A stretch of DNA of 64,000 bases from NCBI RefSeq assembly GCF_006345805.1, contig NC_043022.1, positions 6,262,001 to 6,326,000 on the forward strand, given 5' to 3'. The translations under genes and the position numbers were made by a program. Under the pieces are notes generated by a model, which worked only from the letters and a program-made list of their open reading frames with translations, was not told the origin of the DNA and made no database searches. Shown in pieces: positions 1-12,171 of the stretch (position 1 is the stretch's first letter; each line of letters opens with the position of its first letter). Origin of the DNA: Octopus sinensis (lineage: Eukaryota).

Positions 1-97
1 AAATTATAAAATTCCATATCAAATTCCAATACAAGGATTCCATGAAATAAGGGTCACTGGTTTAAAGCAGCTCTGAGTAAGGGCTGGGGTTGGAACA

Positions 98-232
98 GGG
101 TGGTGAAGTGTTAAAGCATCAGACAAAATACTTTGTAGCATTTCTTTCAACTCTTATTGTTTCGAGTTCAAATCCCACCTCGTCAGTTTTGCCTTCCATC
201 CTTCCAACGTCTACAAAATAAAATGCCAGTCC
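98..232 (+). mobile_element. diverged Meta-like SINE fragment
   Basis: gagttcaaatccc B-box-like motif followed by ttttgccttccatcc, as in the better copies. Confidence 0.55.
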
Positions 233-574
233 AAAGCAGATTTGTAGAATCGTTAGTGCGTCAGACAAAATATATTTTGCAGAGTTTTTTTTTTTTTTTG
301 ATCTGGCAGTCCACAGAGGATCAAGGGAATTGAACAAGTAGTAGAACCAGCACTGCGTGACAAACTTGTCTGTCACTAGGCAACAAGATAGCATCTTGCA
401 AAAATCACCTGAAAGAAGTCAAAACCACCTTCTCATCAGTCGCTAGGTAACAAGATGCCAGCTTATGAAAAACACCTGAGAGATGGCAAAGCCATCTTTG
501 CGTTCTCCTACAGAAATTCCATAAGAAGAACTCAACTGCATTCACCAGAACCCGTTTGTTGATTCAATGGGTTC

Positions 575-875
575 CACATGTGAAGGTGCCTGGCTTATTG
601 GTTTGGGAATTCAGCTCACAATCAGAATGTCTTCAGATCAATTCCTGGCAGTGCATTGTGTCCTTGAGCAAGACACTTTATCTCACTTTATTGCTCCAGC
701 TGGCAAAAATGAGTCGTACCTGTATTTCAAAGGTCCAGCCTTGCCACAAACTGTGTCACACTGGATCTCCCCAAGAACTTTGTTAAAGGTACACATGTCT
801 GTGGAGTACTCATGCATATTAATTTCAGGATGAGGTTGTTCCATGGATTAAATCAACTGGAACCCTCACCGTTGT
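575..875 (+). mobile_element. SINE family C (CORE-like body + C tail), diverged
   Basis: gtgtccttgagcaagacac body; tail homologous to 1761-2108, 45890-46205, 55158-55460. Confidence 0.7.
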
Positions 876-957
876 AAAAACCAATGGAGCGCCAGTAAGG
901 GAGTTTCCACGACACAAACATAGAACAAGTCTCCAGGGTAGGTAAAAAGAGTAAAAA

Positions 958-1282
958 ACCCCTTCAGTCATGAATGACCATGGGATTGCACTTTGAATGT
1001 TCCCCCACCAAGGCACAAGTCTGGGCAAGGTTGCTTATGGAAGACCAGCAGTCACCCCTGCATACCAGCCTCCCTTCTCCATGCCACTGATGCTATTCAA
1101 GAGAAGGGCAAAGGGGCTGATACAGCTTGGCACCAGTGATATCAGAAGTCATTTCTACAGATGAGTGAACTGGAGCATCGTGAAATAAAGTGTCTTGCTC
1201 AAGAACAGCCCAGTCCAGGAATCAAACTCACTACCTCATGATTTAAGCCCGATGCTCTAACCACTGAGCCATGTGCCTTCCC
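958..1282 (-). mobile_element. SINE family D (CORE-like body + D tail)
   Basis: aagtgtcttgctcaag and ctaaccactgagcc head on minus strand; colinear with 30066-30392. Confidence 0.75.
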
Positions 1283-1760
1283 ATCTGACAGGACACAAAA
1301 ATAAAAAGAAGAAAGGTGAAAATATTCAGGTGTAAAAAGAAAAAATAACAGAAAAGTTTGTTAGGGATTGGTTCCTCCTAACATGTCGGAAAATGTGTTG
1401 CAACTGGAACCCATCTGACCTAGGTTTTTTGTAGATGATTCACACAATGTAGTATGGGGTGTGTGAACCACACAGTTGAACCCTTTCGGGGAAGGTGGGT
1501 GACGCGAGTATAATTACAGGAGTCAAAGGTTAATTTCAGGAAGGGTGCATTGTTTATCCAATGACTGCACATTTTAAGAAGTGGAGGAGAAATATTGAGT
1601 GTTAGGGAGAATTTACAGAGGCAATTACAAATATTTAATTTTCCTTACGTTTTTAAATCACCAAGGTTCATTACTTGTAGACACCATCTCAAGGGGGGAA
1701 AAAAAAACCATAGTTAAGTTGGTGTTGGTACATTTAATATGGATGGAAGATGGGTGCACT

Positions 1761-2108
1761 CCGTCGGTTATGACGATGAGGGTTCCGGTTGATCCGAATC
1801 AACAGAACAGCCTGCTCGTGAAATTAACGTGTAAGTGGCTGAGCACTCCACAGACATGTGTACCCTTAACGTAGTTCTCGGGGATATTCAGCGTGACACA
1901 GAGAGTGACAAGGCCGGCCCTTTGAAATACAGGTACAACAGAAACAGGAAGTAAGAGTGAGAGAAAGTTGTGGTGAAAGAGTACGGCAGGGATCACCACC
2001 ATCCCCTGCCGGAGCCTCGTGGAGCTTTAGGTATTTTCGCTCAATAAACACTCACAACGCCCGGTCTGGGAATCGAAACCGCGAGCCCGCTGCCCTAACC
2101 ACTGGGCC
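1761..2108 (-). mobile_element. tRNA-headed SINE, non-CORE body + C tail
   Basis: minus strand ggcccagtggttagggcagc...gtttcgattccc (A/B boxes); near-identical to 55158-55460. Confidence 0.8.
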
Positions 2109-2371
2109 AATGATCAACAAATAAATATTGTGGAGTTAGACATCCTTAGCTCAACTCCGCAGATTATTTTGATCAAGAGAGAGAGGGAAGAACTAATTAA
2201 TTAAATATTGTATTGCTTTCATACTTGGTTGTTATGAGACCAAACTCTCATAGGAGACAGACTGGGATGAGTGGGGATAGAGAAGGGGACAAATGAGTGA
2301 ATGGAGACAAATGAGTGATGGGGACAAATGAGTGAGGGGGGGAATACATTTCAGATGGTGTAGAATGTGAT

Positions 2372-2762
2372 TACTCTCTTTTACTCTCTTTTACTTGTTT
2401 CAGTCATTTGACTGCAGCCATGCTGGAGCACTGCCTTTAGTCGAGCAAATTGACCCCGGGACTTATTCTTTGTAAGCCCAGTACTTATTCTATCGGTCTC
2501 TTTTGCCGAACCGCTAAGTGACGGAGACGCAAACACACCAGCATCGGTTGTCAAGCAATGCTAGGGAGACAAACACAGACACACACATACATATATATAC
2601 ATATATACGACAGGCTTCTTTCAGTTTCCGTCTACCAAATCCACTCACAAGGCATTGGTCGGCCCGGGGCTATAGCAGAAGACACTTGCCCAAGATGCCA
2701 CGCGGTGGGACTGAACCCGGAACCATGTGGTTGGTTAACAAGCTACTCACCACACAGCCATG
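2372..2762 (-). mobile_element. SINE family A (tRNA head, CORE-like body, internal TA/TG microsatellite, (TAAAAGAG)n tail)
   Basis: colinear with about 22 other copies in the window. Confidence 0.9.
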
Positions 2763-2997
2763 TTCAGAAAAATTTCATTTCATTAAAAAGTATTCTTTTA
2801 ATAAATTCTCGAAGGGAAGGGGTGGAATATTTTTCAAAAGGGATTTGTTTTTGATATAATCGTAATCTACATCAAAACGAATGGGGAAACAAAGTCAAGG
2901 TGTATGAAATATCCTTGAGAAAACAAATTAGAGATGTGTTAATTATCTGAAACTTCTCTCGGCTTGCTCCAACTTTTTTTTTCCACAACAAATTCTG

Positions 2998-3355
2998 AGG
3001 TGTGGCTGAGTGGTAAGGAGTTTGCTTCCCAACCACATGGTTCCGGGTTCCATCCCACTGCATGGTACCTTGGGTAAATGTCTTCTACTATAACCTTGAG
3101 CCAAACAAGTCTTGTGAGTGGACTTGGTAGACAGAAACTGTCGTGTGTGTGTGTGTGATCACCGCTTGAGAATTGGTGTTGGTGTGTTTACGTCCCCATA
3201 ACTTAGCGGTTTGGCAAAAGTGACCGATAGAATAAGTACAAGATTTATTTTGTTTTTTTAAAATTACTGAGGTCGATTCATTCTGCTAAAAATTCCTCAA
3301 GGTGATGCCCCAGCATGGCCACAGTCCAATGACTCAAAAATGTAAACGGTAAAAG
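2998..3355 (+). mobile_element. SINE family A, diverged, internally deleted
   Basis: tggctgagtggtaag head, ccttgggtaaatgtcttctac body, cagcatggccacagtc tail. Confidence 0.85.
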
Positions 3356-3728
3356 ATATACCATCTGAATCGATTCTCTGGAAAATTTCGTTAAAAACTA
3401 TGAATTTTTTTCTTTAGGAAGTTATAAAAAAACAAAGTCGTGGGGGGTGGGGCGGAATTTCACATTTGTGGTTTATGGCGAAAAGCTGAAATAACAGGAG
3501 AAAAAATATGAAGATGCCTACCTTAACAGGTATTCAGAAAATTTGGCTGATCAAGGTTGGGTTGGCAGAATTATTTCCGAAAAACATCTTTGGGAATTCC
3601 AGCTGTCAGTTGTGTTAAAAAGTCGCCGAAAATGAAAATTTTGCTGGCAAATTAGAAAAAAAAATTGTAAGAGATGTGCAAAAACCTCTTCTATTTAATT
3701 GGATTCATATATTCTAAAATGTTGGACA

Positions 3729-4113
3729 TCTATATATATAAAAGTGAAGTTGTGTGAGTGTCTGTCCCCTTTGATTTAGATTCCTAACTACTCCCACATT
3801 TTGCGGTGCAGTTTAACCAAATTCGGGTATCTTATAGTCGTGATTCATATCGAGCCCGTCTGGGTATTAGCACGCGTCTACGATGAGTCTACGATTTTTA
3901 AATAATTTAACATCATTTTTTTCCATTTTAACGCATATTTTTTAAATAAAGGGAAGTAACTCTCTAAAAATGTCTACGATGAGTCAACGATTTTTTAAAA
4001 AAATTACCGTAATTTTTTTTCCATTTTTAATGCATTTTTTGGCTATAACTCTCTAAAAATGCTTTATAGTTATATCCCTTACAAACCCGAGCAACGCCGG
4101 GCGATACTGCTAG
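3729..4113 (+). mobile_element. non-autonomous Helitron
   Basis: A|TCTATATATATAAAA start; CCCG-agcaacgc-CGGG hairpin 10 nt before CTAG|T end; no TSD. Confidence 0.85.
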
Positions 4114-4683
4114 TCCTATATATTTATATTAATGAAGACGTTGTTAGAGTGATTAAGATATTCTCCAAAAGAAGCAGTCAGAATTTGGAATAATTCTTTA
4201 TAATTATTTTCGTTCGTTTAACCGAACTCTTCAAGAAAAATTAAAACTAAGATTTTATGTGTGTGTGTGTGTGTGTGTCGTTGCTATAATGTTAAACTGT
4301 TGTATGTCCAAATTTGGCCAAATGCCTTTTTTGCAATATTTAATTTGGCTTGCAATAGCCGGTTCTTTTGGTGAAACTATCGTATCTCCAGCTGCTTCAG
4401 ATGCCAAGATATGAAAATTGTCAAAGTGTAGTAGAACAGTTTAGCATTTTGCAAAAGTGTAGTAAGTCCCACATACGACAGTTTTGCAAAAATATTTCTG
4501 ACTGAAAAAATATACATGCTTTGGTGTTACAATTTTATGCACCCGACAAAGTATTATTGTTAAGCTGAAACTGTTGCTAAGGTAATAAGAAGTGGAATGG
4601 TGAGACCTTTACTAAAAAAAAAGAGAAAAAAAGCAAAGTTTCGGACTTAGGACATTTTTGCATAAAAGCAACGATACACACAC

Positions 4684-4735
<52 letters not shown>

Positions 4736-4736
<1 letters not shown>

Positions 4737-4860
4737 CATCCTCTCGGGGTCGATAAATAAAGTACCAGTTACGCACTGGGTTGATGTAATCGACTCAATC
4801 CCTTTGTCTGTCCTTGTTTGTCCCCTCTATGTTTAGCTCCTTGTGGGTAGTAAAGAAATA
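4736..4860 (+). mobile_element. Meta-like SINE, long-tail subfamily, 5'-truncated, in (TA)n
   Basis: catcctctcggggtcgataaataaagtacc...ccttgtgggtagtaaagaaata; TA repeats on both sides. Confidence 0.85.
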
Positions 4861-4941
4861 TATATATATTCAATGAGAATAGACTATACTGAATTTCGAA
4901 TAAGTGCTCTTGGCAGGGAAATGTCTAAAACCTTAAAGATA

Positions 4942-5082
4942 TTAGGTTGTCCCAAAAGTTCGTAAACACTCGCGAAAATTGAATTTTGACTCGCCAAGTA
5001 CTAACAAAAACAACAAAAATTATTCCTCAAAATAAAGACCATTATTTTCCAAGACTTTCTACGAACTTTTGGGACAACCTTA
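4942..5082. mobile_element. mariner-derived MITE
   Basis: 23-bp TIR TTAGGTTGTCCCAAAAGTTCGTA (1 mismatch), TA TSD at 4940-4941 and 5083-5084. Confidence 0.85.
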
Positions 5083-5254
5083 TATTTAGGCATAAGAGTA
5101 AGAACAGGGTAAATTACACCCAAAACTCATCGCAGAAGATTTTAGTCTAAAATAATATTGTATTAATAGATAGATACACAAATATATAAAAGTTTAAAAT
5201 ATCGCAAGGTATCTTAAACTTTTTAAATAATTGATAATACTCATTCGGGCCGTT

Positions 5255-5669
5255 ACCTGTGAAAATTAAAGAGGTTTTTACAGGCTGCATACATTTGTGT
5301 GGTTCTGCTTCAGCATTTTGCTGGCACTTTGGTTGTCAGAAGTGAAAGTAGTCAACTTCGTGTATTTCCGTCAGGTTTATACCTTCGTTAATTTACGCCG
5401 TTTATTTACGTACCACCACGCTGTTAGGTTTATAAAACAATTTCACACATGTCTGACTTTATTTCTGGAGGAAGATGTTTCCTCAGTCGGGTGAGCAATC
5501 TTTCGTCTCTAGTAGACCTTTCCGTCGATTTCCGTAAAAAAAATTTTTTTCTTTTTTACATATGGGCTTGCGGGAACTTTTGAAGTAATGAGAGCGAAAG
5601 AGACTAAGAGAAAGCCATTGTATGATGAGGGAAGTTCTTTTGAAGTTACCGTGCATAGGAGCATTGATG

Positions 5670-5700
<31 letters not shown>

Positions 5701-6713
5701 TTGATGGGGTGTGGGAGACAGACAGTATGTTGTGTAAGTGAAGTGCTTCTGTTAGTGTGTGTGAAGAGACAGAGTAATGTGTGAAAGAAAGAGATAACTG
5801 AAATTTTTTACTCGGTGTAATGTGTATATGTATGTATATTACTTCAAAAGTTCCCGCAAGCCCATATGTAAAAAAAAAAAAAATTTTTTACGGAAATCGA
5901 CGGAAAGGTCTACTAGAGACGAAAGATCGCCGTCGGGTGTTTTTTGACAATACATGAACGACCGTAGGGCGATTCACCAAAAAAGTTCTTCAGCAACTTT
6001 TTGAATATATTTCCGCTGACTTTGGTGCACACACTTGTGTATATTACCGAGCCGTGTATAAGAACAGCCTCCAAAATATCATTTGAAAAGCAGAGCATTG
6101 GCCATCGTCGACTGCTTGCTTTGACTGAATAAAGCTTTGCTATTCGGTCAAACACCTTTTGACCACATTTTTGTTATAAAGAAAATTCGGTGTCAGACTT
6201 CTTGGGGAGTTATTTTCAGAAGAAAGTCAAAACCATAACAGGCTTCGATTTTTTTCCCACTCGTACGATGTGTGGCAGTAGGGCTTCTCTGTGGATTTTA
6301 AATCCGGTTTCATGGACTGGTTTCACTGCTTCTGGTAATTCCCTTCTTCTGTCGAATTCTTCCGTCTAACCGGCAGTTTTGTTTTGGGGAACTGTAAAGT
6401 CTATGCGATTACTGAATATCTAAAATGTTGTCACATGTATTTATAAACAAAAGCAGGTGTACAAGTTTCAAAAGTTGCCGATACGTCGTCAACTGATGCG
6501 TCTGGTCCTCAAAGGTAGAATGGGTTTTTTTTTTTTTGTTATTTCGCAGTTTGTACAAACAACCTATGATTTCTAGTATAAACAGAAATCACAAAAGGAT
6601 GCAAAATCAAGCCCCGTGGTGTCAAAACCTACAATAGTTTTTGAATTGTGTGCAATTAAGATTTCAAAATGCGTCAATGGACGCATTCATTGACGCATTC
6701 GGTCCTTCTAGTG
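5255..6713 (-). pseudogene. decayed piggyBac-family transposon (transposase C-terminal part)
   Basis: minus-strand peptides RRELPEA, FDRIAKLYSVKASSRRWPM, Cys-rich tail; one end reads TTAA|CACTAGAAG (TTAA at 6714-6717); other end not found. Confidence 0.75.
5494..5931. mobile_element. MITE with about 95-bp TIRs and 8-bp TSD (Mutator/Merlin/hAT-type, superfamily unresolved)
   Basis: inverted repeats 5494-5589 and 5838-5931; GTCGGGTG duplicated at 5486-5493 and 5932-5939. Confidence 0.85.
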
Positions 6714-6894
6714 TTAAAGGGCCGAGTTGCACCCCCTTTTTTTTCATTCGTTTCCCTTCACTTTACATCGTCCTAAGCAGCACTTGTTCATAATGGTGTA
6801 ACAGGAAATGTCATTGGTGGAAATTTGTTTTTAAATACCAACAATTTTACTCCCCTCCAAAGAATTGCTCGCATAAAATATGCATGTAATCCTT

Positions 6895-7075
6895 TAGCTG
6901 TTTCAGATATTGGACTGCGGCCATGCCTTGCAGGGATTTATCCATGAGAATCGACCCCAATGCTTATTTCAAGTCTGGTACTTGTTCGATCAGTTTCTTT
7001 TTGCTGCATCGCTAAGTTACTGGGACATAAACAAACTAACACTGATTGTTAAACGATTGGTGTAAACAGTATTTG
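6895..7075 (-). mobile_element. SINE family A, old 3' half
   Basis: gactgcggccatg, tcgacccc, gctaagttac motifs. Confidence 0.65.
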
Positions 7076-8802
7076 GTGGAATAATTCTCCGAGAATCACC
7101 TTCATCATCATTTTTTTTTTTACTGCAAAATTATTTTACTCTCAAGACCTTATCATCTCTCTCTCTCTCTCTCTCTCTCTGTGGCTATTACTCTTACATG
7201 TGAATGCTACACTGAAGTGGTTGTATAAAAACGTGGAATTATTTTGATGAAAAACGAAGTGTTCCGAAGGGAATCGATCAGAATTGGTGCAAATTGTTAA
7301 TAACGTGAAGGATTGATATTCCTTGAAAGACATTTCCTCACCAATTTTCAATATTTTTACAATTTTTATTTTATTCCACAACCTTTGAAGATTTGTCTTT
7401 TGCTGTGAAAGAACTGCAGAAAACTACATTGCTAATTTAAAATATCAGAATCGAGAAATTTTCCTGCAAGTTTCCACTTCATGAACTCCCCACCCCTCTG
7501 CGACCTTATTTACTTCACCAGAACATTAAAATAACCATACTTAGTTCCACCGTAGTGAGGTAGTCATATAAGATCATTAATAAACCGAACCTATTCACTT
7601 GATTAAATAAAGAAACAGCTACCGTTTTTATGGTAGCAATAAATTCTTGCAGGAAAATAAAAGAATTCTTGTGATTTCTTGTGTAGAAAGATGTAAATAT
7701 TCATGTTCTTTACTCTTTTACAAATCTGTATCAATATATCGATCTCTTTGATTCAATATCCAATTAACATACACCAGGGAATCATGAATTTTGACAACCA
7801 AATACGGCAACAAGTTTTATAGAAATTTCATTTGCACTTTTCACTCATTCAGTACAAAGAATATTGTGATAGAAATATTTCTTTTTAAAACCAGAACCAT
7901 TCTTTTGGCCAGGAATTCTTTGAAGAGCTTGCGTCACTTTTGTCCTGTTTAAACATAACTTAGGACTAACTTCAGTTATAAAGATTATATCTGTGTCTGC
8001 TTCATCAGTGTGACACCAGACATATATACATACGTACATGTGGTTGTGAGTGTGTGTGATAGAGGAGGGCAGGGAACCATTAAAAACAGGCCAAGAAATT
8101 ACAATATACTCTTCGACAAAGACTGGCTGTTTTTCTGTTAATGAATGCCTAATGAGCAAGAAGTGGGGAGACGCCATGCTGGGACAGAGCCCTCCGAGTA
8201 ATGCCAGCAGAGAAAAACAGATGTAAAATGATGATGATGAGGAGGATGATAACGACAATGATAATGAGGACGTTGACAATGATATAATTAAGAACTAATT
8301 AGAGATTTGACAAAACTCTCATCCAATGGTTACGAACCAGGGTCCACATGAAACTTGGGGGCCCATATAAAATTTTGTTGTCAAACTTTATGCGCAATAA
8401 ACTGCTTGTACATCTACGATGCACAAAACATTTTGACAAGTTTTTTTTATAGAATTCCTAAAAATGTTTAATCATAGAAATACGATGGGATCTTTTAAAT
8501 ATTGAATGGCTTTGAAGGGTCCAGTAGGGCCAAATAAAAATCAAAGAGGTCCATAGGTAAAAATGACTGAAAACAGGTGAGAAGAATTTAAAAAAAGGGA
8601 GGTATCCAAAATAAAACGGGATTGGGGGATTCCTCACAGTTTCTGTCTACCAAATTCCATGTGGAAGGCATTGATCAAGATAAAGAAATGGTAGAAGACA
8701 TTCAGTAAACTTGAACCCAGGTTGCTGTAATGAGAATTGAATCAAAGAACCATGTTTCACCAACCAGTTAATTAATCAATAATTGTCCAAACAAATTGAC
8801 AT

Positions 8803-9203
8803 TCTCTTTTTACTCTTTTACTTGTTTTAGACTGCGGCCATGCTGGAGCACCGCCTTTAATCGAACAACTCGATCCCGGGACTTTATTCTTTTTGTAAGC
8901 CCAGTACTTATTCTATCGGTCTCTTTTGCCGAACCGCTAAGTAACGGGGGACGTAAACACACCAGCAGTGGTTGCCAAGCAATGCTAGGGGGACAAACAG
9001 ACGCACAAACATACACACACACACATATATGTATACATATATACGACAGGCTTCTTTCAGTTTCCGTCTACCAAAACCACTCACAAGGCATTGGTCGGCC
9101 CGGGGCTATAGCAGAAGACACTTGCCCAAGATGCCACGCAGTGGGACTGAACCCGGAACCATGTGGCTGGTTAGCAAGCTACTTACCACACAGCCACTCC
9201 TGC
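8803..9203 (-). mobile_element. SINE family A
   Basis: full-length colinear copy. Confidence 0.9.
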
Positions 9204-9229
9204 TGATATTATTAATTATTAATTTATTT

Positions 9230-9530
9230 CTTACTTCTCCCCACCACACTCTCCCCCTTTCCAGTTTTTTTCTCCTTTTATATTTAGTAATGTCCTCCCT
9301 TTCTTTCTCTCTTTATTCATTTATTCCCTCCCACCCTCCCCCTTCCCTCTCACTCCCTCTTTCCTTCCTCTCCCTCCCTCTCTCCCTGAACCAAACACTC
9401 TCTCCCTGCTCCTCCCCTCCCATCAATTGCAATCTATGTTCTACTATCACCCTCCTCATTCACGCTCTCCACACCTTCCTTTCCACTCCTCCTCTCCTTT
9501 ATCCTATCACATCCCCCCACTTTCATTTAC
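9230..9530. repeat. CT-rich low-complexity tract
   Basis: polypyrimidine run. Confidence 0.8.
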
Positions 9531-9714
9531 CCAGAAGCCATCTCCAGACAGGCAGTACATTACACTTCAAACTGACAGATCACGGGTTCAAATCTGCAGG
9601 GTTTCTGGTCAGTAAACATCAGTAGTTGGGGTTGTACACAAAGTTTACTGGTCAAGGGTCAACAAGGAAGTAAACTGACCAACAGGGGCACAGGCATGGC
9701 TGTGTGGTACAGTG

Positions 9715-10100
9715 CATGACCGGTACTTAATTTATCGACCCCGAAAGGATGAAAGGCAAAGTCGACCTCAGCGGAATTTGAACACAGAACATAGCAGCAG
9801 ACGAAATACCTATTTCTTTATTACCCACAAGGGGCTAAACATAGAGGGGACAAACATGGACAGACATAGGTATTAAGTCGATTATACCAACCCAGTACGT
9901 AACTGGTACTTAATTTATCGACCCCGAAAGGATGAAAGGCAAAGTCGACCTCGGCGGAATTTGAACTCACAACGTAACGGCAGCCGAAATACCGCTAAGC
10001 ATTTCGCCCGACGTGCTAACGATTCTGCCAGCTCGCCGCCTTACAGCAGACGAAATACCACTAAGCATTTCACCTGGTGTGCTAATGATTCTACCATAAT
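9715..10100 (-). mobile_element. Meta-like SINE (host) interrupted by a nested copy
   Basis: halves 9715-9810 and 10044-10100 rejoin across the insertion. Confidence 0.8.
9811..10043 (-). mobile_element. Meta-like SINE, long-tail subfamily, full length
   Basis: 16-bp TSD CAGCAGACGAAATACC at 9795-9810 and 10044-10059. Confidence 0.9.
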
Positions 10101-10581
10101 TAAGATAAATAAATAATGATTATAACTGCATATTGGATTGGAACAGTTGTAGACACATTGAGTTGAAAACTTCATGGCTCGACCATGTGGATCTAGGTTA
10201 GACCTCACGGCATGTTACCTTGGGCAAGTATTTTATTTTACTGTAGCGTCAGGGACAATAATAGCTCGTGGATGAAATTTGGTAAATGACAGCCGAGCAG
10301 AAACTTACTCTGTGTGTGTGTGTGTGTAATGCATATATAAATATATACTTGCATACCTAAATATGTAAATATATATACATATACACACATATATAAATAC
10401 ATATAAGTACATATACACATGTATGTACATATATCCACACATACATACACAGATAATCATTTATGTATGTATATATACACACATGCATCTCTACATATAT
10501 AGACACACATACACATACATACACACATATTATTATTATTATTATTATTATTATCATTATTATTATTATTATTATTATTAT

Positions 10582-10704
10582 TTCCACCAAGGTTAACTTT
10601 GCCTTTCATCTTTTCAGGGTCAATAAATTAAGTACCAGTGAGACACTGGGGTCGATGTAATAGATTTTTCCTTACCACAAAATTTCAGATCTACAGTAGA
10701 AAGG

Positions 10705-10705
<1 letters not shown>
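10582..10705 (+). mobile_element. Meta-like SINE, short-tail, 5'-truncated
   Basis: ctttgcctttcatc...aagtaccag...agtagaaagg between (ATT)n runs. Confidence 0.8.
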
Positions 10706-10736
<31 letters not shown>

Positions 10737-10749
10737 AGAATAGAATGGA

Positions 10750-11470
10750 GAAAGTTCAGAGAATTCTTACTTCTGGTGGCAACAAAGCAACCAAAGGTCT
10801 CTCTCTCTCTCCGAGTGAAGGGACGATTGTATGAGGCATGCGTATGAACTGTGATGCTGCATGGTAGTGAGATGCGGGCACTGAATGTAGAGGACATGTG
10901 AAGGCTGAAGAGGAATGAAGCTGGTATGGTCTGCTGGATGTGCAATGTCAGTGTGCATGTGTGACAGAGCGCTGGTTTATTATTGAGAGAATTGTTAATC
11001 GTAAGAGGAATTAGATGCAGAGTGCAAGAGAGGAGGCTGCGCTGGTTTGGTTGTCTGATGCAGATGGATGAAGACAGCTGCATAAAGAAGTACCAATCAC
11101 TTACAGTGGGGAGAAGTTGTGGAAGAGGCAGAACCAGGAATACATGGGATAAGTTGATCTCAAAATGCCGGGCCTTATGAAGGAGATGAGAGAGGTCTAA
11201 GAAATGTGGTACATTGCTGTACTCAAGAAGACCTGCCCGCCACCACAGAATTGAGATCTTAAAACCAAGGGGCCACATAAAAAGCATTGGCGTGGTGATG
11301 GTGTCACTTAAAAAACACCAAGTACATTCTGTGGAGTGGTCAGTATTAGGAAGGGCACCCAGGCGTAGAAACCAAGTCATGACAGATTATGGCACTGGGC
11401 GTGGGCCCCTGGCCTTGCCACTTCCTGTCGAGCCATCTAATCTACGCCAGCATGGGAACATTGAATGATG
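10750..11470 (+). mobile_element. decayed RTE-group LINE 3' end (ORF end + 3' UTR)
   Basis: LRVKGRLYEACVRTVMLHGSE and VQERRLRWFG..M peptides, followed by the aggaagggca..cca.gcgtagaaac UTR and gatgat tail. Confidence 0.75.
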
Positions 11471-11587
11471 ATTTAAAACAGCAGGATTTGGTGAATCAAA
11501 CCGTTTTGAATAATAATAATAATAATACATGCGACTCCTACTGAATGGGTTGAGTGTCTTTTTCTCTTCTTGTTTGCCCACTCACTA

Positions 11588-11993
11588 TACTCTTTACTCT
11601 TACTCTTTTACTTGTTTCAGTCATTTGACTGCGGCCATGCTGGAGCACCGCCTTTAGTCGAGCAAATCGACCCCGGGACTTATTCTTTGTAAGCCCAGTA
11701 CTTATTCTATCGGTCTCTTCTGCCGAACCGCCAAGTGACGGGGACGTAAACACACCAGCATCGGTTGTCAAGCAATGCTAGGGGGACAAACACAGACACA
11801 CAAACACATACACGCATATATACATATATACGACAGGCTTCTTTCAGTTTCCGTCTACCAAATCCACTCACAAGGCATTGGTCGGCCTGTGGCTATAGTA
11901 GAAGACAATTGCCCAAGGTACCACGCAGTGGGACTGAACCCGGAACCATGTGGTTGGTTAGCAAGCTACTTACCACACAGCCACTCCTGCGCC
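11588..11993 (-). mobile_element. SINE family A
   Basis: full-length colinear copy. Confidence 0.9.
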
Positions 11994-12137
11994 TGTATGT
12001 ATGTATGTATGTATATGTATATATATAGGCATATGTTTTTATATGTCTATGCATATGCATACATATACATTTATACATGCAGATATGCACATATAAAAAC
12101 ATATGCCTATATATATACATATACATACATACATACA

Positions 12138-12171
<34 letters not shown>

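Noticed and set aside
2518-2859. Recurrent ORFs such as MSSNARGT…RQASFSFRLPNPLTRHW
   Set aside because: Antisense read-through of family A SINE copies, not a gene family.
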